The translations under genes were made by a program, and so were the position numbers. Below are positions 26,401 through 41,035 of a stretch of 64,000 nucleotides of DNA, piece after piece; positions within the stretch are counted from its first letter, which is position 1, and each line of letters begins with the position of its first letter. Location of the stretch: the NCBI GenBank assembly GCA_021613535.1, contig CP075492.1:2790001-2854000 (forward strand), given 5' to 3'. The notes under the pieces were generated by a model that saw only the letters and a list, made by a program, of their open reading frames with translations, was not told the origin of the DNA and searched no databases. This DNA is from Adineta vaga (Eukaryota > Animalia > Rotifera).

Positions 26401-29400
26401 AAGTGCTATATGTATAGGAAATAATTCTTTTACACTAGTACAAATGTTCATTAAACGACAAGCTTGAATCTTTGGATCAATACACATATCAATAAGTTGT
26501 TGAAGAACATTTATTGTTCCATTAACAATCGAATGAATATGTTTTTGTTTATCAAATAATGATGTTAATGTTGTACCACGACGATAGATATAACTAGCAA
26601 GACCATGTGTTGCACTTATTGATGATGTTATTTCAGATAAATGCATTGGTTTAATCTTATCAATACGAAATGAAAGAAACATATCAATTTCATTAAATTT
26701 TGAACAAATTATTTGTATAATTGATGTATATTCAGGTGTAAGTAAACAAATAAGATCTTCTGGTCGAATATCAATTGGTAGAAGACTACAACTTGAATCA
26801 TTCGGAAAATTTTTCATTTGATTTTGTGCTAAAGTTAAATCTTTATGAATTTTCATGATATTTTCCAACATATTATAAACATTTAAATGTGCTTGTTTTG
26901 TCCAATCACGTAGTTTTGTTGATAGATTAGCTACAGCTGTATAATTTGATAACATACTACTATTAGCTTCTTCATTTAATAGATCACAACGAAATTGTGC
27001 ATAAGCTAAAGTAACATTATCTTCCAGTGTGATACCATATGCATCATTTGTTGATTCTCGTTCAAGTTGCATAGCTAAATCATCATTGAGAACCATTAAA
27101 GTTCTTTTGAGAAGATCTTTTTGATTCGATGGTAGTAGACATATTGCTTGTATCCATGTTTGATTGGATACTTGAGCATGAGTTAAACGAATAATTTGAG
27201 ATAATTCAGAAAATGAATGAATTTTACTACTATTTTGAATATTTTCACAATAAGATTTTAATTCTGATTGCTGTTTAAATAAAGGAATAGTCGGAGAAAT
27301 GGTTAAGTGAAGTTCAGAATCTTGTAATTGATGAATTGGTCGATCGTTTGGTAAAGGTGCATGAAATGAAGTATATTGATTAATTTCATGTGTGAATTTC
27401 ATCAATAAATCAGTTAATGTTTGTTCTTCAGTAAAAATCCATTTACAATTTGCTTCATTTTCTTGATCAATATTAAATGTTTTTAATTTATGCAATGTTG
27501 TATGAATACGTTGAATAATATGATGAGGTCGAAGAGGAAGATGACCAGCTCGTAATAATAAATTTGTAATATTAATAATAATTGTTTCAATTCGATTTTC
27601 CATGGTTTTTTTTCTTAATTCTTTCGGATCGATATTTACTGATAAATTTGTAATGGATTCATTTGTATCGGAACTACTAATTAATTGTTCATGACGATGT
27701 TCATCGAAAAGTGGAGCAAATTGAACAAGAAAATTCACAAGACCATAACGAGCTAATAAATTTGTAGGTAATCGAAGGTTAATTAAATGTGCATCAAGTT
27801 TCTTTTGAAGATCGATAAAGAATGTCGATTTATGTGTAATATTAACTTTCAATTGTCCATCAACAATATCAATTAATGTTAATGTTGAACGGAAAATATG
27901 TTCAAAATGTGCGATCAATTCCGGTGTTGTTTGATAAAGTTCAGATGTTAAATATTGTCCACCAAATGTTACATGTTGAATAATTAATTTAATAAGACGA
28001 ATTGATTTTTGAAGAAAATCAAAAAGAAGTTGAAAATCTTTGATACGATTCATATCTATTAATTGTTCATCATTACGTAAATGTTGATCAATTAAATGAA
28101 CACAACTATAAGTATTGATGAATGTTTGAACGTATGCTAATGATGATAAACGACTACTAAGATTTGGTGGATCAATAGATTGAATAGAATATTTTAATTC
28201 TTGATAAATATTTTGTACCATAACTGATGAAAATGCTGTTTGATAAGGTTTAATTAATGTCCACATTTGTTGAATTGTTCGAAACCAAAGATTATCATTA
28301 TTTTTATCTAATATTATATTTTGTAATTCATTTTCAAATTGTCTCATTTGTTGATAAATAAAAATCGTTAAAGGTTTTCGTTCAAGTGCATTATGTTGAA
28401 CAAATTGTTTTAATTGATTATTAACAATTAATAATTGATCATATATATCTTTTATTGATATATCAATTTCCTCATGAAGATATAAAAGACAAGCCAAACC
28501 AAATATTTGAAAATCATCATCTGAAAGAACATTATTGATATGTGGTAATTGTTGTTGAATGAAATGAAACGGAATGTCTTCATATAAAGTTTCAGTTAGA
28601 ATTACAGTTAAATCACATGTTGGAATATCTTGTTGTAAACTAAATATATGAATAATGATTGATCGAACTTGATTTTCAATTGATAAGAGACAACAATCAA
28701 ATGGACGTTTATTTGGACAATAGATGATTAAATCGGAACGATTTAATGTACGAATATCGAGATGTTGTTGAAAAACTTTCCAATCAGATATAATATGTAA
28801 TCGATATCCATTATTAAAATTCGGAAAAATAAAAAAACCACAAAGAAAAAGAACCATTGGTGTGTCTAATATATCATCATGTTCGATTAATTCTCGACCG
28901 AACGGTGTCGCAAGAACAGCACGTAAATCTAATAGACCATTGACATTAATTAAACTTGCATTTCGATTAGCATCAATGAGTATTTGACAGATACGATTCA
29001 AATGTTTCGTATCGGATTGTTCAAAACGTTTTTGTACAAATTCATATGCAATTGATGTTCGTAATTTTTGCATATCATCAATAAGTTTTGTTTGTGCTGT
29101 TAATGCTTTGTCAATAGTTCGATTACGATCATGTTCAACTCGAACTAATTGATCGACAAGATGATCAAATTCCTTACGTCGTTGAGACAATTCATGTTGA
29201 AGATATTCTAATCGACCTTGTAAATCATTTTCATCAGGAGTAAACAAAGACATATTACGTAACAATGGTGTACGTACTGTTGATTTATGTATAGTTGTCG
29301 GTGTTTCATTTTGATTCTTTATATCAATACGAATTTTAAGTTGTTCAACATCATTTTCGCATTTCTCTACTTCCATTTGTTTATCTGCAACACATGTTTT

Positions 29401-32400
29401 TAATCGTAGATAATCTGTATCTAATATACTTGATTCCGATGGTAATTCTCGAACAATATTTTCAATCATATTCGATAATGTTTTACATAATTCCCAAAAG
29501 GAAAATTTCATTTCACATTCAATAATAAAATCATATGTTATGGACACGTTTCGTTGTAGAACATGTCGAAAACTTTTCGAAAGATAATCATCAAATGTCC
29601 AACGAAGACCAATCCATTCGAGAAATGTTGCAAAATATTGAATAGGTTGACTTAAATGAGATTTACTTTGATCTTTAAGAATATGTTCGACTAATTTTCG
29701 GAGATCTTTTCGTGAAGAATAAATTGGAAATGTTTGTGCACGTTCAAATGACCAAACTAAACCAGTATCAAAATGTTCAAACATATGCATACGAAATTGT
29801 TGTTTAGCATCGAGAAAAGCGGGATCATGAAAGAGTTCATAGATATGATATTTTTCTTTAAATGTTAATAATGGTCGTAAATATTGTGTTAATTGAGAAG
29901 AAAAATTTGTCATTTGAGTTCGACGATCAAATGTTGCAAATATTGATGAACTTAAAAACCGATCAAATGTTTCAATAATTAAGATTGTACGTTGAAGAAA
30001 AGTCAAACGTTCATATGTATCACTAAATGATGTATTACGTATGAATTTATCAAGTAAATCATTTAATTGATTACATAAAATTTCTAATGATGATGATTCA
30101 TTTGTAATAAATTGTTTTACAAAATCGGCAATTGTCATTGTTTGTTGAAGATTTGTTCGAAGAGTTAATTGTTTAAATTGAATTAATTCGGATAATAATT
30201 TTGGAAGATCAATATCGTTATCATTTTCTATGAGTAACATCTGTTTTATTTGAATTAATTGTGATTGATTAGATGTCATAGGTAGGAGAATATCATCAAT
30301 GAATAATACTAATAAATCACGTGTTGATTTGAAAAGTTTCTCATCCGATGTAAGCATTTGAATAGAAGTTGTAATTAATTCAACAAGAAATCGTTCAAGT
30401 TGAAGGAAATTTGCACGAATTGATTGTATTTCTTGAAGCCATGGTGGTTGTTTTTGATCCAACTGATCGGTTGGTGTAGAATAGATTGTTGATGATGAAC
30501 AAAGTTGTAATTGATCAATAATTTTCTTAAATTCTGTAAGAAAAAATTGATATTCTGATAAGTTATGTAATGATGAACAATACGATCTTAATATTGACCA
30601 AAAACAAGCATCAACTGGATTAACATTTTGATTGACTAAATATCGTAATGTATGAACACATTGTTCTAAAAGTCGATAGGTAACAAGAAAATCACTTGGA
30701 TATGATAAATGACCATCTTTTACATATTCTTTGACATTAAGATGCATAAGAATTAATAAACTTGTTATTTGTTTACTAGCTGGTATTGTTGCTAATTGAT
30801 TGAAAATTAATTCATATAGATCAGTTGATGTTGGATCATTATCAATCTTTATATCCCATTGATCAATTGGTGGTAAACAAATACGAATAACTCGATTGAG
30901 AAAAGCTGATGAAAGTTTATTCGAATAGATTCGATTAAGATTTGCCGTTGTAAATAAACGAAAATTTGGATGAATACCATTCGATTTTGTCAGAACTTGT
31001 CCATTGGAATTTTCATATAGAGATAACATTAGATTATCTTCTGTTAAAGAATTTAAACGTTCAAGTACTTCAGCTGGTGCACTATTTATATTATCAAGAA
31101 GAACCCACCAACCTTCACGAATTGCTTGAATAAATTCGGATTCAACAAAAACAAAACCAATTTCTTGTTTTTCATTCAAACGAATTTGTTTTAATTTATT
31201 ACAATAATAATCCGCTTGACGTGCGTAACATGATATCAATACTTTCACTTCATTGGACATCTCAGAAATCTTACTTAATGCAGTTAACAATGCAATTGTT
31301 TCTTTAAGTGCTTCGAGTTCATAGGGAATTGTTTCAAAACGAGTTGCATCAGACATTGATGATCGTTGACGAAGAATGACTTTAAATTGATTAAAAATAT
31401 GTTCATTACTTGCTCGAGATAATAATGGCATAATAATAAGAAAAAGCATTTTAATAATTTGTTTGAACATTGTATCGATTTTTGTGAATAATGGATGATT
31501 TTGTTCATCATTACAATTTGGTCGCCAAGAACCGATCAGATCAGCTGTTTCAAAATTTTCATGAAGTGGAATAATAATTAAACGATGACGTGTAAGACGA
31601 GCTAATTCAATGACAAGTGATGATTTACGTGAACAAATATCACCTTCAAGAAGAATAGCTCGTTTTGATTGACATGCAGCAGCAAGTAATTCTAATTGAC
31701 GAACAGTTTTCGTTGTATGAATTAAACCTGTATCAATTGCTGATGGTTCTTCTCGTCCAGTACCAACATAAATTGAACCAATACGTACAACTGTTGCAAC
31801 ACTAGTATCAATTGAACAATCATTTTCACGTTTACTTAAAATAGGATTGATTGGAAATTTAATATTTATTCGTTCACAAGCTTCGTAGAAATCATTTTGA
31901 TCTTGAAATTGACAAGCATAAACAGCTTGAGCAAATTTTCGAATCGATAAAAATCGAGCATCGGATGTATCCATACTAGGACTTAATTCGTCTATATCTG
32001 TTAATTCTTTATTATCATTTTCAGTATTATCATCCGTAGTATCAATATATTGATAATGAAATAATTGACTGTCAATTGAACCACGAAAAACATCTCGAAA
32101 CTTCGATAAATCACGTAAATTGAGTTCATAAGGGCCACCTGTTCGTCCAAGTGTACCTTGTCGTACAAGTAATTTTAATGATGTATGCATATCAAATAGT
32201 CCATCAAGTTGATCCATACTAATATTCTTCTCTGTTAAATCATGATTGAATAGGTGATTGAGAATAATACGTAATTCATTTTCAGAATAATCATCAAGTT
32301 GAACAATTGTAAAGAGATTACTGATAGAACGAGGTAATTTACTTCGACCACCACCAATTGTTGATGGATTCATCGTCGCAAATAAACGAACATTTGTCAT

Positions 32401-35400
32401 TGGTACAATTTCTCCTGTAGTTGGTACAATAAACTGTGTTGTACCACGATAAAAAAGTGGTGTTAAACCTTCGAGTACTTCTGGTGAAGCTAAATTCAGT
32501 TCATCAAATAAAATCCATTTTTGTGATTTAATAGCAGATAAAACTCGACCTTCTTGCCATTGAAATATTCGAGTACCATTAACAAATCGAGGAATAATAC
32601 AACCGATTAATTGATCTAAGGAAGTATTAGCAGATAAATTGATACGTTCACATTGTTTATCTAGTAGAGCACAGACTTGTGTAACAACTTGTGTTTTACC
32701 AATACCAGGTGGACCTTCAAGTAAGAGTGGTGTTTTCGATGATGTTGCAGCAAATATTCTTGCAATTTGATTGATCAATGTTTGAGTTGGAACACAAAAG
32801 AAATTATCACGAAGATTTTTCATTTGTTGTAATTGATTTTGTTCATCTAGATGTTCACAAGAATAACGAACACCTGTATAACGTAATGCTATATATCCGG
32901 TACCAGCTTCGAATGGAAATATCAATTCTTTATCTTTTTCCGTTGCTTTGATCGATTCCAAAGTGATTGCTCCGTGTTCAGCAGTTGGAGCTTTAAAAAT
33001 ATGATCATATTCATGATAGTTATTTCTTGTTGATAAACTTTTACGCCATTCTTCGAACAGTGAAGCATGTCTGAGTAAAGGTAATTGATCGAAATAGATA
33101 AAACGAGCACCAAGAAAGAGTCGATGGATCAATGATATAGATGTATGATGACTAGTAAGAAAATCTGTCCACCGAAACAAAAGTTGAATATCATTCTCCA
33201 ATTTCCATTCAGGATCTTCATGTAATTTTCGACGTAAAGAAAACATAATTTCAACAAGTGAATCAACTTGATTACTACTAACATTTCGTTGTATTAATTC
33301 AGATTTGACAAGAAATTGGAGATCTTTTTCTGTATAGGCTGGTACGTATATTTCTGTAAAACGTGATCGAGTAGCAGGACTTAGTTTTAACACTTGATGG
33401 ATTTGATCTTGATGTACACTGGCAAAAATCTGAAATTGATTCGATAATGTAATATCAAGCTGACCTTTTTCAGTATGACTAGTAATATCTTCAGTAAGAG
33501 CAAATGTTGGATTTGGTTCGAGCATAGAATTTAATCGTTCGATAACTGCTTGACTAGGTAGATCGAGATCTTCAAGAAAGAGAACACCACCTCGTTTAGC
33601 TGCTGTTGTAACTGGTCCGTCATTAAAAAGAAAAATAGGTTTTGTACGATCAAAATTCTTTCCTGTTAAACGTTCCCAAGCGTCATTAAATTTAGATTGA
33701 TAGTCAAGTAGAGTTGCATCTTTGGCAGCAAAAGAAGCATAATTGATATGTTGAAGCATACTTTTAAATTGATCACGAATGCGTTCAACTGTATCAAGAA
33801 GTGCATCAGGAAATTCAGTCTCATAAGCTTGATTCACTGGTTTGATCGATGACAAAGTCGAATCATCTATTGTAGTAGTTGTATTTAAGACATCAGCAAA
33901 GCCATCATCAAGAATAATTCGTTGCTCTTGATCAGTTGAATCTCTATTAGATTCGGATATATTTGAGGGTTTTTCTACATAAATGAGCACATCAAAACCG
34001 TCATCTAATTCGAAAGTAGTTTCTCTCAATGGTTCATTCAAGTTCGAGGGTGCTGGTGCAGAACTTTGATCAAAACCATCATCTACATAAGTTGTTGTTG
34101 TTGTGTTTGAATCAGTCGAGAATGGAGTATCATAAGAAAAGTCTCTGGAAGTAGGACCAAAACCATCATCAATCATGTCATAAGGTTCATTTGAATAATT
34201 CATGTTCATATCTGATTGAAAAGAAGTATCAAAGCCATCGTCTGATGAATACAAATCTGTAGTGAATGTATTTATGATTGGTTTTGATGTTGATGATTCC
34301 ATAACGTTTTCATCCATAGGAAGTATTTCATCAGATGATTTTGGCATAAGAACTGCTTCTGTTTGTGCACGAAGTGCTGTAAAATCGTCATGTAATTCAT
34401 CTTTTTCTTGTCTTCGTTGTTCATCATGTGAATAAGCATTTTCAAATTGTCGAAGTGCATCAGAAAGTTGATGATTGATTGCATCGAGAAGTGATTGAAG
34501 AAAGATTTCATCTTTTTTAGTCATTTGTCCTGTAGTACTATGATGTTGACAAAGACTTCGAAATCGAAGATAAACACGTTCAGCCATTGTTGGTAATCGT
34601 TTTAATAGATCAAGAAAAGAATATGGTTGAATTTCTCCAATTAAATCGCTTGCTTCTGTGTCAGGTGTTAAATGAACTTTAATAAGTTCATTTGAACGAT
34701 TCGAAAGATGTGTCCATGTTTCAATAAGTAATGTTTTGCATGCGGTTGGTCCAATGAGAAGAATCGGTTCTCTAGCATGAATGGCTAGAGCAAGACGAAC
34801 AAGTGAACGATGAAATGTTTCAGGTGACATAGGTATTAATGTATTGTTTAAAGTCATATTTGGTAAATCAACTAAGAGTTCACCTTCTCGAAAACGAACT
34901 TGTCCACCGACTTCTTTAATTTCAATTTGTGCATTGGAAGAAAGAGTAATATCAGGCCAAACTGTTTGTAAATCACTGAGTAATGCTTGTCGTACGGCAG
35001 AATCAAGTGGATAACGAGCTCCTAATAATGATGCGCCAACAATAGGCCAAAGTTCTTTCTTTGGTGAAAAGAGAGCATGTCGATGGAGCCATTTAACAAT
35101 TTCACGAAATGTAATACGCGATCGACTACGAATAATTTGATGATAGAAATGAGCCATTTGTTTTGTTGATTTCTTTGTTAAACATACTGGCTTTTGTTTA
35201 CCAATCTCATTTCGTCTTTCAATAATTTCAGCTAGTTCATTTTCAGGAAATTCACCGAATTGTATTTCAAGAAAACGATTTCGTAATGAAACAGGTAATT
35301 GATGTCGATTAGCATATGAAGCATCATTTTGTGTTGCAAAAAATTGAAAACCAGACTTCGCTGTCATAATTTTACCAGTTGATGGAATGATAATCGTATT

Positions 35401-38400
35401 CTTACCTTCAAGTAATGGAAAGAGCATATTCATGACAGATGGATCTGCTAAATTGAATTCATCGGCCAGAAACCACCAGCCATTCTCCATTGCTCGATAG
35501 AGAGCACCTTTTTGAAAAGCAAATCCATCATTAACAGGTAAAAATGTGCCAAGATAATCTTGAATTGTTGTTGTATCTGTATTATTTACTCGTTCTAGTT
35601 GCATTGGTATGTTCGAATGATTATTCAAAGTTTGCGATTTCATATGTTTACATAGGTAAGAAATAAGTGCAGTTTTTCCTACAGCTGCTGGACCTTCAAG
35701 AAGTAAAGGAATATTACATGCGACTGCACCCAATACAGCATTGACGTAACTCAGACGACTTTCAGTTAAGATATGTTCTGTACTTTCATGAATCCAATCC
35801 GTAAATTTAGGCTGATGAAGTTGAACTGATGGTCGATGTTTTTCAAGAACTTTTTTGACTTGATCAGTTATTTTAGTACGAAGGTCTTCACTTTTAATTT
35901 GATTAGCAATTGTTACATGATATGCTGTCCAGAGACTTGAAACGAAATCAAGACTCGAGTTGAATCTTAATTGTAAAAGATATGTACTATCAAGTAATCG
36001 AATGATGTTACGTAATGTGAATTTAGGAAAATTTTTCGTTTCACTTTTATAGAATGTCAGAATAGTTCGACATAATTCAATAGCTAGAGTAGGATCAGTG
36101 CTTGATTCATCGGATAGAAATGCTTTAGCAATCAACAATAATTCTTGTGAATCATGATTGGTATCAAATGAAATATCTTCCATATGAATAACACCAAAAC
36201 GATTGTATAATGCAGGTGAAAGTTCATTTGTTGAACCACTTGCATTTGATTGTGTTTGATGATGAACATCTGATGGCGTCATTGTTGCAACTAATTGATA
36301 ATTATGATGTATTGGTTGTTCATCAACATCGCCTGTTTCTGTTAATATAAGCATAGGTTTTTGTTCAAGAATTGGATTAAGTCGTTCTAGTACAGATGAT
36401 TCTGCTGTACTAAGATTATCAAGAAGTACCCAATCACCATTGATATATGCTTGAGTAACACACCCATTTTGCCAGATCAACTTCTTACCATAATTAGGAT
36501 CATTTTCATCTTTAGTATCGTTTGGAATAAGTTGACCGATAAGAGCTGATGGTTCAGTTTCTGGTGTTATATTTAATTGATGTACATGTTGACCAGCAAA
36601 CCAAGCTAAAGTCAATAATAATTCGGATTTACCACATCCTTCAGCACCAGTAATCAAAATTGGTTGTTTAGTATTCATACTAAAACATACTTGCTTGATG
36701 GTAGATAGAACTCGATCAGTAAGTACATAAGGCAATTCTGATCGTACGAACTTATTATTATCGAATATCTTTTGTTTCAAATCAACACCTTGGAAAACGT
36801 TACTAAAACAATTACGTATTGTTTCTTGTGCTTGGCTATGACGAAAACGATTTGCATATAATTTGTAACCGTGAACAGCGAATTCTTTACGTTGTTGAAA
36901 AATATTTAAGCGACCTGCTGAAATAAGCCAATCCCAAAGCCAACTACGATCAATACGATATATACCATGCAAACGAATAAATTCATTAGTCATTATTGTT
37001 CTATGAATGATCATGTGTACCTCAAATGCTGTATCCCAAATATTTGGATTATAGTCTATATTTTCAAGATTAGCTGCTGTAAATGTAGATATCCATTCTT
37101 TTCTTGGATTATCGATGTTTACTTGTGATTGAGCCGGATAAGAAACATCATCGAAATAGACATAATTTTGATTATGATCAATGCTCATTTTAATATTGTG
37201 TAGAGCTGGACGACCCCAACCACCTTTACCATTGTCAGTTAAAACATTGTCAATGAGAATACGACCAGCCGAACGATAACGTGCACCATAGACACACCAA
37301 GCACTAAAACTAAGAAAAGAAGTACGTGTTTCTATTTGATAAGACCATGACGTATGTTGTTTTTGCCAGCAAATAAGTAATTCAACCCATTTTAGAAGTT
37401 CACGAATTGAAATTTCTGCATATGGACCTGTTTCAAGATACACTTGTGTAGGATCATTCAAAACTTTCTTGATATTAGCATTAAAATTAGCAACGAGTAA
37501 TTCAGCTAAAGCTTCTGCTTGATCAGACATGTGCGGTGCTAATCGTTTAGCAACAATTTCGCGCCACTCACTATCAGGTAATTCTTTGAAAATAAGTGGT
37601 CGAAAACGGCTTAGAAATGATGGTGAGAGTTTTTCTCGTTTGCCTTTGAAAAAACCTGTATTTGGATTCTGTGTAGCGAATAGACGAAAATCTGAATGCA
37701 TACGATGTATGATAATAGATTGTTGAGCGGAACTAGAATTATGAATAACTAATTGTCGTGTATCAAGAGCTGATTCAATTGCTTGAAGGACTGTATCTTG
37801 AGCTAGATTGAGTTCATCAAAAAGTATCCAGTAACCATTTGCGAATGCTGTTGTAAATGGTCCATCAACAAACTGCAAACGTGTTGTTTGTGATTGTTCA
37901 TCGAGTTTCAAAGTTACTTTTCCTAATAGATCATCAATAGTAACACGTGATGACATATTATAGCGTACTAATCGACGTCCTGATTGATGAGCAGCTTCCA
38001 TAACACTGGCACTTTTGCCGACGCCTGTACTTCCTTCAAGTAAAATGGGAATTGGATCATCTAATACTTCAAGTACTTTCGATACATTTTCACGTGCAGT
38101 ATCCGTAAGAACAAGTCGGTCATGTTGATCTTGATTGATAGTCGAAGGTAAAACGGAGTTTCGATAAGACAGATGAGAACGAAGAATTTGATCAATTTTA
38201 TTCGGTACAGCCTTATTTAAACTTGTTAAAAGTTGTTGACCTTTAATAAAATCTTCATGTCGAACACGAACAACATCAACAGTAGTCGACTGTTCTGTAG
38301 AAAAAAATGATACTTGTTGTTGTTGATTAGCTGCGAAGAATTCATTAGTACTGTCTGTTGTTGATGCATCTTGTACATTATCGAGCAAGGTAGAACGTTC

Positions 38401-40023
38401 ATTGGTTGAGAGATCCAATAATTCAGCAAGTAAAATGATACCAGACTTTTTCAATTGACCTCTTTTACCTAATAAACCCATTATGTCAGGAATAAATGGT
38501 GAAAGTAATTGAATTAATGTAGCGCGTGATCGAGCTTTTGTTATCTCTGTGCTAAGACTAAGTAAATGTGACGAATTTGAACTATTATCATCATCAACGT
38601 CATTTATTTTCTCTTCAATATTTTTGAAAATAGCTTGTAGAAGTTGATCAACGGCTGAATTGAAATTAAAAGTATTTCGTGTATCATTAGTTCCTATCGA
38701 TGATAGATATAAAATAATATGAGTCAGAGGACTATGACCTTCGAAATTCGTTGATATCAATGTTGAACAATAGTCACTAGCAAAGAATAGTCCAATATCT
38801 ACTGCATATTTATTATGTTTTGAATAACCAATATCCAATAATAATTCAATCAATCGTTCGATGATTGATGATAGACTAACTGTAGGTAACCATAATTGAA
38901 TAATTTTATGAAGATAATCCGACCGAAAAAGATATTTTTGTGTTTGATTATTTTTTGTTAATGCTTCAAGAATTGTTAATAAACTGGGAATATAGTTCAT
39001 AGCTAATTCCGATTGAATGCAAGTGAGAACTTGTTCAACTTGTATTTCACTGACATTTTGTACATAGGTTGCTAATGTCGTTGTCGGACAGAGAGAATGT
39101 TCAATGATTTGATAACAGATTGTATCTTGTCGATGAAGACTTAAACGATCAAACCATTGCCGAATTAGATCATATTCGGTAAACATACTGATATATTTCA
39201 AAATTAACATCAGAGCAGAATGATAATTTGTATTATTTTCAATACCATTTTTGCCTATAATGAAATCCACATACCATAAGAGTGTACTTTGATCGATTTT
39301 TTTGATGGCATTTGATAATCCAGCTTTATAGTAGTACGGAAGTAAATCACTAAACAGTAAGAAAAAACAAAGATGACCACGAACATTATTCGCTGGTGTG
39401 TGACCGCAGATACGTTCTGTTATCTGTTCGATATGTATATTTGAATCTTTTGTGTTGTAATTGATTAATATTTGAATCAAGTGAACAATACGGTACCGAA
39501 CCGATTCTAATAAACAAACATCAGTCAATGATGACCATATATCGAATAGATCATCAACAATAAATCCATGTAATGCATTTTCAAAACCTGCCATATCGAC
39601 TTCTTGCAAGCGATTAAAAAGATATTCACTAATATCAATATCAAAATATGGTATTGTTTTCACATGTCGATATAGATTTAGCCAAGCAGGAAAGACATGA
39701 ATGGCTTTGAATAAACTTAGTTGCATACTATTTAGTAAGCTCATTAGTTCTTCTTTTCCGTTACAAGCATTCAATGCTCGGTGAACAAGCTGATCAACAT
39801 ATTCACGAGGATTTACTCGACCATCGTTACAAACATCTTCACGACCATCTGTCCATCGAATTGTAATTGGTTGTCTTGATAAATAGGCTATTTGTCCTGG
39901 AGCATCTGTACGAGCTTGCACATCTTGAGTTTCTACTTTTTCGATAAGTAACGGATCGAAGTAGAGTCGCCAAAGTGGTTCGAAATGTCCTGGTTCGATT
40001 AAGTAACGGCATATCAACAGCAT
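14432..40023 (-). CDS. Giant midasin/Rea1-like protein (~8,510 aa): six AAA+ modules, long helical linker, Ig-like repeats, four VWA domains
   Basis: The 24.7-kb exon 40023-15316 joins exon 15265-14432 in frame across a 50-nt GTAAG...TGTAG intron (DKYPQ|GVDGHTLKS). Walker A motifs: GSTGVGKS, GAEGCGKS, GPAAVGKT, GPTACKT, GPPGIGKT, GDICSRKS, each with a Walker B. MIDAS motifs: DNSGS, DISTS, DCTGS, DESGS. Confidence 0.88.
33898..34242 (-). repeat. Five DDGF peptide motifs in a low-complexity insert of AAA module 4
   Basis: SSDDGFDT, MIDDGFGP, YVDDGFDQ, ELDDGFDV and ILDDGFAD, spaced ~24-32 aa apart. Confidence 0.85.
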
Positions 40024-41035
40024 TGTTTTCGTTGTAATTAAGACATGCTGTAAGCAGTTGAATTAATGCATTCATCTCTTTACCAGTAGAATGGGGAACT
40101 TTGAATAGCCGAATAAGATAAAGTAAACTGGGTGCTTGATTTGGATCGTCTCGTCGACTAAAGAAAATAGAACAAAGTTTAACATTATTATAACGGGTGG
40201 GCAAGAATAAATGTTTTTCAGAATGACATGATGATTAAAAATTCTTTCTCGTGTATGACAAGGACTCTATTCTATATTTCGAGCTAAACACAGTTCTATG
40301 AATATCTAAAGATGTATAGGAAGTTTTCTTTCTAGAAAGAACCAGCAAATATCACAGTAGCGTTTACATTGGAACTTGTCGACCATCGGCTAATTGTTGC
40401 ATATGGATGATGCGACGTTCACGAATGAGCTCAAGTAAACCACGCGCTGGTGCTTCGCTTGGCTTTACCGTTAGCCACCATTGCATAAGCTTAATCATTT
40501 TAATAGGTAATAGCTAAAATGAAGAGTAATATTAAAAAATCAACAAAGAAATATGTCGAAAATTGATGTTTATTAGGAACTATATGATGAATATCACTCA
40601 TGATTGTTTTTATTTTCAAAACTCATAGCTTGAATGCTATGTGAAAGCGAATTTCACTTCAAATGAGTTTTCTAAAATCTGTTTGTGCTATTACGGAAAC
40701 TTCCGTACATTCCGTTACTTTTCGCCTTTTTCTCGGCTTTCGAATAATTTACTAAATGCGTCAGATAAATTATAGAAGAACACTATTTAGTAGTGTATTT
40801 CGTACCTGTGATCCATATTAAGTGTACGTGTGCCAAATGGATAGAAAACAGAACGAAGAATTTTTCCAGCAGTATCCATACTAGTTAAGCGATCTACTTT
40901 ATCAACCAAGCGATCAATGACTATTTGAACTGGTTTTGTTTCACCTTGTGCTTCAAGTACATTTGTTAGTCCAACCTTTAATTGATTGCATGCGTCATCG
41001 ATATTCACGGCTAATGGCGCTGCGTTATGAGCCAT
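40024..41035 (-). pseudogene. Probable decayed 5' exons of the giant gene
   Basis: ATG exon 41035-40806 ends at CAG|GTACG. Acceptors at 40514 and 40158 flank protein-like segments (LLPIKMIKLMQWW...; RRDDPNQAPSLLYLIRLF...) that are broken by stops and by a frameshift just before ATG 40023. Confidence 0.45.

Noticed and set aside
19371-38429. Many short antisense or alternate-frame ORFs within the giant gene
   Set aside because: Shadow ORFs with no independent signal.
14432-40023. Assigning the symbol MDN1, or calling the region bacterial contamination
   Set aside because: The architecture departs from canonical midasin, and spliceosomal introns across the window indicate a eukaryotic host.
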